A DNA stretch of 64,000 nucleotides from an uncultured Candidatus Saccharibacteria bacterium. GTDB taxonomy: Bacteria; Patescibacteriota; UBA1384; JACPKC01. This document shows, in pieces, positions 9,890 to 18,423 of the stretch. Location of the stretch: contig CAYRGD010000002.1 in NCBI GenBank assembly GCA_964423885.1, positions 82,128 to 146,127 of the forward strand, read 5' to 3'. Numbering within the stretch: position 1 is the first letter of the stretch; each line of letters opens with the position of its first letter. Made by a program: the position numbers and the translations under genes. The notes under the pieces are model-generated. The model was not told the DNA's origin, searched no databases, and worked only from the letters and a program-made list of their open reading frames with translations.

Positions 9890-12442
9890 CTAGAGTTGCT
9901 CCACGATATGGATCGGCAGGTTTTCCTGCGTCGCGTCGACGATGCGGTTCGTTTTCATCTTCGGTGTCGTTTCGAACATGCTCGGCAGGTCGCGCACGAC
10001 CGGGACATGTGTCGCGAGCGGCTGGTAGGGCACGAATGCCCCCTGCTTGAAGACGTACGACGACCCGTCCGTCGGATCGAGCGCGACCAGGTGGATCCAT
10101 TCATTGCCGAACCATTCGTACAGCGACGGGTCGGACCGGATGACGTTCGCGACCAACTCGGGACGATGTTCGACGATCATAAGTAGCCGTATCGGGTCGT
10201 GCACCTCGATCATTTGCAGGGGTAGTCCGGAACGAAGGTCGCCGTCGCTGCTATTGGCGACGCCCACCAGCCCCATGACGTTGTGGGGCAGCTTGGTGCC
10301 CGCACCCAGCTTATAATTGTCCATGCGTGAAAAATAATATTCCAGGTTGATGCCGCCACACACGGTGCCGAGCGGGCGCAGCACATCGAGCAGGACAGTC
10401 CCTTCCGGGTCGGTTCGGTAGTCGTAGGAGTTCAAGAACGCCCGCCGGTCAAGAAAGAGCCGTCTCGTGAGGCTTCGTCGTCCTACGACGCAGAGCGCAT
10501 TGGTACCGTGTCCGAGTTCGGGGCGCGGTTCGTAGTAGGAAACAGACCGCTTTTTGATCTCGTTGCGGATGGCCTTGACCGGCCGCTTCGTATTGATCGA
10601 CATGAACCGGCGCGACCGTTCTTTCGCATCCAGGTCGAGCGCGTGCTCGAACAGCCGCACGTTACTGCGATGCAGCCGACGATTGTGCTCCGAGAGCGTT
10701 TCTTCGTCATACAGCCTGATATCGTCCGATGCCGTGTCGTGCATACCGCCGACGAACTGCGTACCGTCGGGTATGGTCAGTCCGCGCTGCTTGAGCAGCG
10801 TCCGGACCGACAGGTCGTTCGCCATAGCGGCGAATACCCGGGCGTTTACCAGGCCGGGCCTCCCGCTGCAGGCGCCGCAATCGTGCGCGCCATGGTGCGG
10901 ATTGTTGGCGCTGCTCGATCCGTGCCCGATGACGTACACAAGCGGGGCGAAGTCTGCGACAAGGCCGATCGAGCGGAGCAGTTTCTCGACGCGGTCGGCC
11001 ATCTCTTCTGCCGTGAACCCGATCTGCAGGCCCCGTGCTTCGTCGCGGTTCCCGTCGTACGCGACAGTCAAGTCGGCCGTCGGATCCATATGGGAAAACG
11101 AGTTGGCGACCGCCGGCCCCATCGTAGGGTGAATAAGGTTCGCGACGAGTTTCCCGAGCGCCGGAATCCCCAAGACGTACGACAGGAGCAGGCCGCGGAC
11201 GAGCTTGTGCGAGTCCTTGGAGTACATGATCTCCGTCGCGTGCGCGTGCGGGCCGTGCTTCGGGATTTCCCTGATAAGGTGTTTCGGAGTAACCGGTGCC
11301 GGACAGAGCTTGTCGTAGGCTGTCGCGCCTGTCGGTTGGAAATAGAACGCCACGCCGAAAAAGCCGGGCGCACCGAATGTTTCGCACCGGGCATCCAGCA
11401 GCTCCACGTAGGTCCGCAGGGAATATTCCCGTTCGTCGATGCAGAATACGGCTTGGAAGCGCTTCGGGCCGGCCGTCTTCGCCGTCTGGCTGGCAGACCG
11501 CGTCATACCAGCAAGTACCGTGTCGTAGTAGCTCCACTCGAACGCGTCCTGCCAGATCGTAAGGACCGTCTGCAGTTCGGTCGGCGGGCTGTCCGCGAAC
11601 AGTTCGGTCGGCGGCCGGGTAATGCGCGTTCCCAACGGTTGCCAGGTTTCCCCTAGGCGGCTGGTCAGCTCGTCGATCTCGAGCAGTAATTCGAGGATGA
11701 TCGCGTCGTTGAGCGATATCGGCTTCGGATGCAGCAGTGATTCCGGCTTGGCTTCAAGGGTCGCCACGATGCCCGACCAGCCCGGATGCGCGAACTGCTG
11801 GTCGTACAGGTACTGGGCGTAATACGCCTGGTTGCCTTTCCCCACCAGCACTTCCAAGAGCTCGGTGATCGTGGGCGAATGCCGCAACAGTTCGCGTGCC
11901 TTCGCCGTTTTGAAAAAGCTCACCAGGCTTCGTTCCTCCAACGCGCGCACGGCGGCCAGGAGTCCCGTATCTTCGAAGGGGAACGGGGAGATAGCGATGC
12001 CTTGGTCGATGTAGCTGCAGATAATCCGGAACAAGAGCGGTTGCACCGCATTGTCGAGGTCGATCGGGTACAGTCGGTTCCACTCGTTCCGCAGTCTGCC
12101 GATCCGCGGTTCGACTGTCTGGTCGTACTCCTTGTACAGCGCCCGCGAGCGCCACTCCTCGGCGTCTTCGTCGAGGCCGTGTTCGCGTATCGTCCGCATG
12201 AGGACGTCCGGCGTGATCCGCTTGATCGCGTACAGGTCCCGGTATTCCGCGAGCGACAGGGTCGTTTGGTAACCGAACGTCGCCGACGCGGTGCGGATCG
12301 CGTCGTAAAACTTCATGTGCTGGAACGCATGCAGCGTGTTGTGGTGGACGAAATCCTTGAGCGGGCCCTGCGCCGGCAGATATTCCTTGAGCGTGTCCAG
12401 CACGCGCTGTTCGTCGAATTGGTGGTTGGATTGCTGAGGCAT
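9890..12442 (-). CDS. dabA: Inorganic carbon transporter subunit DabA/MpsB (DUF2309, beta-carbonic-anhydrase-like)
   Basis: PLKDFVHHNTLHAF, QAVFCIDERE, ETFGAPGFFG, GHGSSSANNPH, DCGACSG, INLEYYFS and GTKLPHNV. Start trimmed to MPQQ at 12442 to avoid overlapping znuA. Confidence 0.92.
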   Translation of the reverse strand: MPQQSNHQFDEQRVLDTLKEYLPAQGPLKDFVHHNTLHAFQHMKFYDAIRTASATFGYQTTLSLAEYRDLYAIKRITPDVLMRTIREHGLDEDAEEWRSRALYKEYDQTVEPRIGRLRNEWNRLYPIDLDNAVQPLLFRIICSYIDQGIAISPFPFEDTGLLAAVRALEERSLVSFFKTAKARELLRHSPTITELLEVLVGKGNQAYYAQYLYDQQFAHPGWSGIVATLEAKPESLLHPKPISLNDAIILELLLEIDELTSRLGETWQPLGTRITRPPTELFADSPPTELQTVLTIWQDAFEWSYYDTVLAGMTRSASQTAKTAGPKRFQAVFCIDEREYSLRTYVELLDARCETFGAPGFFGVAFYFQPTGATAYDKLCPAPVTPKHLIREIPKHGPHAHATEIMYSKDSHKLVRGLLLSYVLGIPALGKLVANLIHPTMGPAVANSFSHMDPTADLTVAYDGNRDEARGLQIGFTAEEMADRVEKLLRSIGLVADFAPLVYVIGHGSSSANNPHHGAHDCGACSGRPGLVNARVFAAMANDLSVRTLLKQRGLTIPDGTQFVGGMHDTASDDIRLYDEETLSEHNRRLHRSNVRLFEHALDLDAKERSRRFMSINTKRPVKAIRNEIKKRSVSYYEPRPELGHGTNALCVVGRRSLTRRLFLDRRAFLNSYDYRTDPEGTVLLDVLRPLGTVCGGINLEYYFSRMDNYKLGAGTKLPHNVMGLVGVANSSDGDLRSGLPLQMIEVHDPIRLLMIVEHRPELVANVIRSDPSLYEWFGNEWIHLVALDPTDGSSYVFKQGAFVPYQPLATHVPVVRDLPSMFETTPKMKTNRIVDATQENLPIHIVEQL

Positions 12443-12625
12443 TGCGCAGCGTGCACCCGTGTTATGACGGAACCAGTCAGGCGGACGACAAAGAATGCTC
12501 TCTGCCGTTCTGCGGTGCGCGCACGGTACCGCAACGATCGGTCCGGTCTCTTGTATATGGGGCATCGTACCGCAATCCCGGTGGTTTGCAATGATGCGAT
12601 CGGGCGGCGTGTGTTCTCTTTCGCG

Positions 12626-12642
12626 GCAACTGTTGCGATACT
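12626..12642 (+). promoter_or_regulatory. Palindrome GCAACTGTTGC abutting an extended -10 (TGcGATACT) of znuA; candidate metal-regulator operator
   Basis: Palindrome at 12626-12636, -10-like hexamer at 12637-12642, ATG 7 nt later. Confidence 0.45.
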
Positions 12643-12649
12643 GGATTCC

Positions 12650-13573
12650 ATGACACGTACGCAGAAACTCGCTCTCAGCGCCCTTGTAGTGCTGGGCGCC
12701 GTGTTCGGGTTGCTTGGCCTGCTGCGCCATCGGGCTGACCGGCCGGCCGGCATCCGGGTGGTGGCCAGTTTTTACCCGCTCGGGTACTTTGCCGAGCGGA
12801 TCGTGGGTGACCTAGGCACCGTACGGGTCGTGACGCCGGCCGGCGCCGAGCCGCACGACTACGAGCCGACTCCCGGCGATGTCGCCGCGATGCACGACGC
12901 GCAGCTGGTAATCCTGAATGGCGGCGGCCTTGAATCCTGGGGCTCGGCCGTGACGACCCAGCTAGCAGGCAGTGCGACTCGGGTGCTGGTAGCCGGTACC
13001 GACCTTGCGACGAAGCAGCTCGACGAGGATGGCATCGTCGGCGCCGACCCGCATGTCTGGCTCGACCCGGCACTCGCGAAGCGGCAGGCAGCAGCGATCA
13101 CGGTCGCCCTTGCGGCCGCGGATCCGGTTCACGACCGCGAGTACCGCTTGAGCGGTGACCGGTTGGCGGCAGAGCTCGACGCGCTCGACACCGAGTACCG
13201 GCAGGGGCTGTCCGAATGCGCGTCACGCACGATCGTGACCGGCCACGAGGCGTTCGCGTACCTTGCCGCCCGGTACGGCTTGACGCAAGTCGGCATTGCC
13301 GGCCTGTCGCCCGACGAAGAGCCGTCGCCGCAGCAGCTTGCCACCGTCGCCGACTTCGTCCGTTCGCACGGTGTGACTACGGTATTTTTCGAGTCGCTCG
13401 CGAGTCCGAAATTTGCCGAGACGCTGGCCGCCGAAACCGGCGCCACGACCGACGAGCTGAACCCTATCGAAGGATTGACGGCCGACGAAGTAGCAGCCGG
13501 AGACACGTATGCCACCGTCATGCGCGCGAACCTCGGCCGGTTGCAGAAAGCCCTGGGATGCCAAAACCGCTGA
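12650..13573 (+). CDS. znuA: Zn/Mn ABC transporter substrate-binding protein (ZnuA/AdcA family)
   Basis: VVASFYPL, GAEPHDYEPTP, DPHVWLDP and HEAFAYLAARYGL; true start MTRTQKL at 12650 with an N-terminal TM. Confidence 0.92.
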   Translation: MTRTQKLALSALVVLGAVFGLLGLLRHRADRPAGIRVVASFYPLGYFAERIVGDLGTVRVVTPAGAEPHDYEPTPGDVAAMHDAQLVILNGGGLESWGSAVTTQLAGSATRVLVAGTDLATKQLDEDGIVGADPHVWLDPALAKRQAAAITVALAAADPVHDREYRLSGDRLAAELDALDTEYRQGLSECASRTIVTGHEAFAYLAARYGLTQVGIAGLSPDEEPSPQQLATVADFVRSHGVTTVFFESLASPKFAETLAAETGATTDELNPIEGLTADEVAAGDTYATVMRANLGRLQKALGCQNR

Positions 13574-14244
13574 AACCGATCATCGAACTCGACAAGCTGT
13601 CGTTCGCCTACGGTGAGACCAAAGTCCTCGAGGGTGCCTCGCTCACGATCCGCGAGGGCGAGTATTTGGGAATTGTCGGGCCCAACGGCGGCGGTAAGAG
13701 CACGATCGTGAAGCTTATGCTCGGATTGCTTGCGCCGCAGGCCGGTACGGTCCGGCTGTTCGGCCAGCAATTGAGCGAGTTTCGGGATTGGCACCGGATC
13801 GGGTACGTCCCGCAGAAGCCGAGCGAATCGGTCGCCACCTTCCCGGCGACCGTGCAAGAAGTAGTACTCATGGGACGGATCGCGACCAGAGGGCTGTTCG
13901 CGCGCTTTACTGCCCAAGACCGTGAGCATGCTGAGCGTGCCATGACCACGGTGGGTATCGAAGGGTTGGCTGGCCGGCAGATCGGCCAGCTGTCCGGCGG
14001 CCAGCAGCAGCGGGTGTTCATTGCCCGGGCATTGGCCGGTGATCCCGACCTTATCGTGCTCGACGAGCCGACGGTCGGCGTCGAAACCGCTGTCCGCGAT
14101 TCGTTCTACGCGCTCTTGCGGAGCCTGCACCGTGACCACCACCATACGCTCGTGCTGGTGTCCCATGACCTTGATTGCGTCGAGCGCGAGGTAAGCCGGA
14201 TGGTCGAGGTCGACGGCGCGGTCGGGGTGCACCGCCATGGCTGA
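13558..14244 (+). CDS. znuC: Metal ABC transporter ATP-binding protein
   Basis: [29 protein letters not shown] and SHDL; start MPKPLK at 13558. Confidence 0.92.
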   Translation: MPKPLKPIIELDKLSFAYGETKVLEGASLTIREGEYLGIVGPNGGGKSTIVKLMLGLLAPQAGTVRLFGQQLSEFRDWHRIGYVPQKPSESVATFPATVQEVVLMGRIATRGLFARFTAQDREHAERAMTTVGIEGLAGRQIGQLSGGQQQRVFIARALAGDPDLIVLDEPTVGVETAVRDSFYALLRSLHRDHHHTLVLVSHDLDCVEREVSRMVEVDGAVGVHRHG

Positions 14245-15046
14245 CCTGCTGTCGTTTTTCCAGTACGACTTTGTCGTCCGGGGGTTTGTCGCCGGCCTTA
14301 TCATCGCCCTTGTGACGCCGCTTATCGGCATGTTTTTGGTGCTGCGCCGTTACTCGCTCATTGCTGACACGCTATCGCACGTCGCGTTCGCCGGTATCGC
14401 CGTGGGTGTGCTCTTTGGGCTCAATCCCATCGCCACTACGGTGACGACGACGCTCGCGTCGTCGGTCGTGATCGACCGCCTGCGCTCGACCCGACGGCTG
14501 TCCGGCGACGCCGCCCTTTCGCTGTTCCTGTCGGGCAGCCTGGCCGTCGCGATCGTGCTATTGAGCGCGCGCCGGGGTACCGGGGTCAATATCGCAAGCT
14601 ATCTGTTCGGCAGTATCGTGACCGTGACGCAGTCGGACATCGCGCTTATCGCGGTACTCGGCCTCATGGTTGCCGGCCTAGTACTACTCCTGCTCAAGGA
14701 GCTGGTGGCGATTTCGTTCGACGAAGACGTCGCCAAGGTCGGCGGCATTCCCGTCGACCGCTTGAACGTGATCTTTGTCGCGCTCACCGCGCTCACGATC
14801 GCGCTCGCGTTGCCGATACTCGGAGTGCTGCTTATCTCGGCGCTTATCGTGATCCCGGTATTGGCGGCGCTGCAGTTCCGGAAAGGGTTCGGCGTGACGC
14901 TGCTCATTGCCGAAGGGGTATCAGTGTTGTCGGTCGTAATCGGGATGCTTGCCTCGTTCGTGTTCGATTTGTCGAGCGGCGGCAGTATCGTACTTGCCGC
15001 GCTCGCGCTGTTTTTCGTGAGTCTTTGGGTGAACCGGCAGCAATAA
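14237..15046 (+). CDS. znuB: Metal ABC transporter permease
   Basis: LVLRRYSLIADTLSHVAFAG, YLFGSI and SFDEDVA; multi-TM. Confidence 0.92.
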   Translation: MADLLSFFQYDFVVRGFVAGLIIALVTPLIGMFLVLRRYSLIADTLSHVAFAGIAVGVLFGLNPIATTVTTTLASSVVIDRLRSTRRLSGDAALSLFLSGSLAVAIVLLSARRGTGVNIASYLFGSIVTVTQSDIALIAVLGLMVAGLVLLLLKELVAISFDEDVAKVGGIPVDRLNVIFVALTALTIALALPILGVLLISALIVIPVLAALQFRKGFGVTLLIAEGVSVLSVVIGMLASFVFDLSSGGSIVLAALALFFVSLWVNRQQ

Positions 15047-15047
15047 G

Positions 15048-15077
15048 AAAAGAACCCGCCGTAGGGCGGGTCGGTTT
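15048..15077. terminator. Intrinsic terminator between convergent genes
   Basis: ACCCGCC-GTAG-GGCGGGT preceded by an A-rich run. Confidence 0.7.
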
Positions 15078-15092
15078 ACCGGGCAGTTGTTA

Positions 15093-15272
15093 TTAGCCTC
15101 GGTCCCAGATTTCTTTGAGACGCAGACGGTATAAGCGCTCTTTTTCAGGGGTGGTCAGTTTCGTATCTCCGTCGAGTGTTTTCCTAAAACGTTTTGCCGC
15201 AGCCACCTGAGGTCCGTCGCGGCGTAGTTCCTCCTCGATAATGTCTTGCTGGATCATGTCGAACGGGTTCAC
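15093..15272 (-). CDS. Small charged hypothetical protein (59 aa)
   Basis: GTG start after AAAGGAGG, with its own consensus promoter; sequence MNPFDMIQQDIIEEELRRDG...KEIWDRG. Confidence 0.65.
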   Translation of the reverse strand: MNPFDMIQQDIIEEELRRDGPQVAAAKRFRKTLDGDTKLTTPEKERLYRLRLKEIWDRG

Positions 15273-15306
15273 GCGTCTTCCTCCTTTAGTTTTCAATGAA
15301 CGCGGG

Positions 15307-15335
15307 AGTATACGGCGAAACGGCCGGTTTGTCAA
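15307..15335 (-). promoter_or_regulatory. Sigma70 promoter TTGACA-17-TATACT
   Basis: Near-perfect consensus upstream of the 59-aa ORF. Confidence 0.75.
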
Positions 15336-15342
15336 TCCGGCG

Positions 15343-16071
15343 TTATTGCGTGAGCGGCCAAGGGTAGCCGTCGAAGGCGTCGTGTTTCAATTGGCTCCGC
15401 GGGATGCCGAGTTCCTGCTGCAACTGCTTGCTGACGCCCACTACCATCGGCTTCGGGCCGGACAGGTAGTAGGTTGGCGCCATAACGTCGGGGACATGCG
15501 TGCGGACCATGGTTGCGTCGATCCGTTCCGGATCTGTGAGGTACCGGACCGTAAACTGCGGGAAGCGTTTGGCCAAGCGGTCGAGCTCGCTCTTGAAGAG
15601 TATGTCGGCGGAGCGGTTGCTGTAAAACAACGTGATGCGCGGCATCGTGCCGCGAGCAGTCAAGTCGGCGAGGATCGCGCGGAAGGCCGTGATCCCGATG
15701 CCACCGGCAAGGAAGACGTATTCCTTGGAGGTATCGGTGAGCGTAAAGAATCCGTACGGGCCGCCGGCCAGCACGCGGGCGCCGGGCTGGATCTTCAAGA
15801 GTTGGCGCTTGAAGACGCTGGGTCTATCAATGATCCGGGTGGTGATCCGCACATACCCTTCGTCGGGCGAGGTCGAGATCGTAAACGGCCGCACGAACGG
15901 CAGCAGAAAATCGAACGCGGCGCCGGGCATGAAGTAGACCATGTACTGTCCGGCGTGCCACCGCAGGCCCGGCTGAGGCTTGAACTGAAAGCTCACGACG
16001 CCTGGCAATTCTTGCACCTGTTTATCGAACGTCAGAATGGTGCCGACAAGTTGGCTGGCAGCAAGATTCAT
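15343..16071 (-). CDS. FAD/NAD(P)-binding ferredoxin-reductase-like oxidoreductase
   Basis: AGQY, RPFTIST, GPYGFF, LAGGIGIT, FYSNR and YLSGPKPMV; start MNLAAS overlaps the upstream stop (ATGA). Confidence 0.88.
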   Translation of the reverse strand: MNLAASQLVGTILTFDKQVQELPGVVSFQFKPQPGLRWHAGQYMVYFMPGAAFDFLLPFVRPFTISTSPDEGYVRITTRIIDRPSVFKRQLLKIQPGARVLAGGPYGFFTLTDTSKEYVFLAGGIGITAFRAILADLTARGTMPRITLFYSNRSADILFKSELDRLAKRFPQFTVRYLTDPERIDATMVRTHVPDVMAPTYYLSGPKPMVVGVSKQLQQELGIPRSQLKHDAFDGYPWPLTQ

Positions 16072-16454
16072 GCGTGCTCCTTCCGCCGTGTGTCGTGAAT
16101 GAACCAGGCGAACGCCGCCGCGAATCCTAGGTGGAGCGCCAAGACCGGTGGCAACCCCGGTGCACCCATGCCGGAAGCAGTCTCGATCAGGTCGATGACC
16201 GTAGCGAGCGCCAAGCTCATGAAATTGGCAGTCAGCGCGACGAGCGCGATGGCTGGCTTGTCCGCGAACCGGGCGCCGTACCAATTGAGGACGCTGAATC
16301 CGATGAGCGCAGTGCCAAGATAGTGGGTGAACCCGATGTCTTGGGCGGCCTGCCGGTCGAGGAACCAGAGCATGGTCTGCGGAAATAAGATGCAGGCTGT
16401 TCCGAGTACGAGTGTCACCAATCCGGCGAATCGGAAAAACCGCTTAAGCATCAT
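16068..16454 (-). CDS. Small 4-TM membrane protein
   Basis: Four hydrophobic segments; translationally coupled to the reductase. Confidence 0.75.
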   Translation of the reverse strand: MMLKRFFRFAGLVTLVLGTACILFPQTMLWFLDRQAAQDIGFTHYLGTALIGFSVLNWYGARFADKPAIALVALTANFMSLALATVIDLIETASGMGAPGLPPVLALHLGFAAAFAWFIHDTRRKEHA

Positions 16455-16479
16455 ACATCCAGTGTATCACGTGGGGGGG

Positions 16480-16878
16480 TCAGCGGGCCTGCGGGAGGCA
16501 GTCCGCACAGAGCCCTTCGAGTTCGATGCGGTGGTTACGGAGCACGTAACCGGTTTCCTGGGTAATCTGTTCGGCATGGAGCGTGAACGCGTGCTCGGTC
16601 ACGTCGTGCACGCGTCCGCATGCCGAACAGGTGATGTGATGGTGATGCTCGCGCCCCTCGGTCCACTCGTACTTGCTGCCGCGTTCGCGCCAGTCGGTGC
16701 GTTCGACGCTGCCGTGCGCCTCGAGGTCGCGGACGATCCGGTAGACGGTGGAGAAAGCAGCTGACGGCAGTTGCCGCGCGACGAGCCCATGCAGTTCCCG
16801 CAGGTCGATGGGGAACGGGGCGCTATGCAGGATGGCGGCGACGAGCGTCCGCGTTTTGGTCGTGTTCGTGCGTTTCAT
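16480..16878 (-). CDS. Fur-family transcriptional regulator (Zur-like)
   Basis: STVYR, HHHHITCSACG and GLCADC; close to znuABC. Confidence 0.9.
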   Translation of the reverse strand: MKRTNTTKTRTLVAAILHSAPFPIDLRELHGLVARQLPSAAFSTVYRIVRDLEAHGSVERTDWRERGSKYEWTEGREHHHHITCSACGRVHDVTEHAFTLHAEQITQETGYVLRNHRIELEGLCADCLPQAR

Positions 16879-16908
16879 GGGGCGAGTGTTGCAGAACGTG
16901 CATAAAAT

Positions 16909-16923
16909 TGCAAGTAGTTTGCA
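16909..16923. promoter_or_regulatory. Candidate Fur-family operator TGCAA-N5-TTGCA
   Basis: 15-bp inverted repeat in the AT-rich divergent spacer between the fur-like gene and the ATPase. Confidence 0.55.
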
Positions 16924-16965
16924 TATTTTCGAACCCTGCGCGATACTCGGCGACGAAAGGATTCC

Positions 16966-17910
16966 ATGCGTATCGCGTTCGTAGGAAAGGGCGGATCAGG
17001 CAAGACGACGTTGTCGTCATTGTTTGCGCGGCATCTGGCGGCCGAAGGGTTGCCCGTGCTGGCGGTGGACGCCGATATCAACCAGCATCTGGCGGCGTCG
17101 CTCGGGATGGATCCCATCGAAGCCGGCCGTATCCCGGCGATGGGCCTTGAAATCGGCCGCTTGAAAACCTGGCTACGCGGCACGAATGCCAGAATTACGT
17201 CCAATGAACTCATGCTCAAGACCACGCCGCCGGGTACCGGGTCGCGGTTCGTGCGGTTCGGCGAGCCGAACCCGATCAACGGCTACTTCGAGCGTTCGGC
17301 CGGTACCGTCCCGATGATGGCGGTCGGCCCGTTCAGCGACGAAGACCTGGGTGTGCGCTGCTACCATGCCAAGACCGGGGCGCTCGAGCTCTACCTCAAC
17401 CACTTGCTGGACAGCACGGGCGAGTACGTAGTGGTCGACATGACGGCCGGCGCCGATTCGTTCGCGTCGGGTATGTTCACGAAGTTCGACCTGACCGTGC
17501 TCGTGGTCGAGCCGACGGTGAAGTCCGTGGGCGTCTACGAGCAGTACCGCCGCTATGCGGCCGAGTACGGTATCAGGCTTGCGGTCGTGGGTAACAAGGT
17601 GGAAGACGAGGCCGACCGCGCCTACCTCTTGGACGCGGTCGGTGCGCCGCTCATTGGATTTTTCGAACGGTCGCAGTACGTCCGGTCGCTCGAGCGCGGC
17701 GACAGTCGGCCGTTCGATGAACTTGAGTCCGAGAACCGGGCGGTGCTGGCCGCGGTGCGTACGGCGCTCGACGCTGTCCTCAAGGATTGGCCGACCTTCT
17801 ACCGGCATATGGTCGAGTTCCACATCAAGAATGCCGACGGGTGGGCGAGCGCCCAGTTGGGTGCCGACCTGGCGGCACAGGTCGATCCCGACTTCGCATG
17901 GCCTGTCTAG
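16966..17910 (+). CDS. CooC/MinD-like P-loop ATPase
   Basis: IAFVGKGGSGKTT, VDADINQHL, GVRCYH, VVDMTAG, EPT and VGNKV. Confidence 0.88.
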   Translation: MRIAFVGKGGSGKTTLSSLFARHLAAEGLPVLAVDADINQHLAASLGMDPIEAGRIPAMGLEIGRLKTWLRGTNARITSNELMLKTTPPGTGSRFVRFGEPNPINGYFERSAGTVPMMAVGPFSDEDLGVRCYHAKTGALELYLNHLLDSTGEYVVVDMTAGADSFASGMFTKFDLTVLVVEPTVKSVGVYEQYRRYAAEYGIRLAVVGNKVEDEADRAYLLDAVGAPLIGFFERSQYVRSLERGDSRPFDELESENRAVLAAVRTALDAVLKDWPTFYRHMVEFHIKNADGWASAQLGADLAAQVDPDFAWPV

Positions 17911-18015
17911 CGGGAAAGCGGTGGCAAGCTCCTAGCCTGTCCCCAGAAGGGATCGGCTGCGAGCTTGCCACGGCATCGTCGTGGCAGGATTAACATCTCG
18001 AGGAGGAATACTAAA

Positions 18016-18384
18016 ATGTCATACCCATCCGTGGTTGAGACGATTCCCAACTTGGATACCGCAAGTGAGCAGGACTGCGAAGCAGGTCTGTGGGAAGCGT
18101 TCGGGCGGGATCTACCGCTCGGCATCGAATATTTGCAGCGGGCAGCAGCCGTCATTCATGCCGGCGAAGCGCGGACGCTAACGCGCGAGGATCCGAATTC
18201 CCCGCTCGGCAAGCAGCTTGTCCGTTTGCTGGGAACCGATATCGCCCGCCCGATCGTCGAACGCCGGCTCGGCGTGGCGTTCGGCCTGTACAACTGCTGC
18301 GGCGTTGTCGCGGCCAAGGACAACGATACGAAAAAAATGACGGCCAAAGAACAGGCAAGCCTGCAGCTGACGCCGGACTGCTAG
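18016..18384 (+). CDS. Small protein resembling the actinobacterial SCO5389 family
   Basis: ATG after AGGAGG. GKQLVRLLGTDIAR...GVAFGLYNCC...QLTPDC resembles SCO5389-like proteins as I recall them; not verified by search. Confidence 0.7.
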   Translation: MSYPSVVETIPNLDTASEQDCEAGLWEAFGRDLPLGIEYLQRAAAVIHAGEARTLTREDPNSPLGKQLVRLLGTDIARPIVERRLGVAFGLYNCCGVVAAKDNDTKKMTAKEQASLQLTPDC

Positions 18385-18394
18385 CACACAGCGG

Positions 18395-18422
18395 AGCGCC
18401 TCGAACCACGAGGCGCTTTTTT
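18395..18422 (+). terminator. Intrinsic terminator
   Basis: AGCGCCTCG-AACCA-CGAGGCGCT followed by a T-run. Confidence 0.8.
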
Positions 18423-18423
18423 C

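Noticed and set aside
11786-12730. N-terminal extensions of znuA (595 aa) and dabA (946 aa) in the ORF track
   Set aside because: They overlap each other; family-like sequence begins at 12650 and 12442
17911-18000. Hairpin as SRP (4.5S) RNA
   Set aside because: Lacks the CAGG...GGAA...AGCA domain IV signature on either strand
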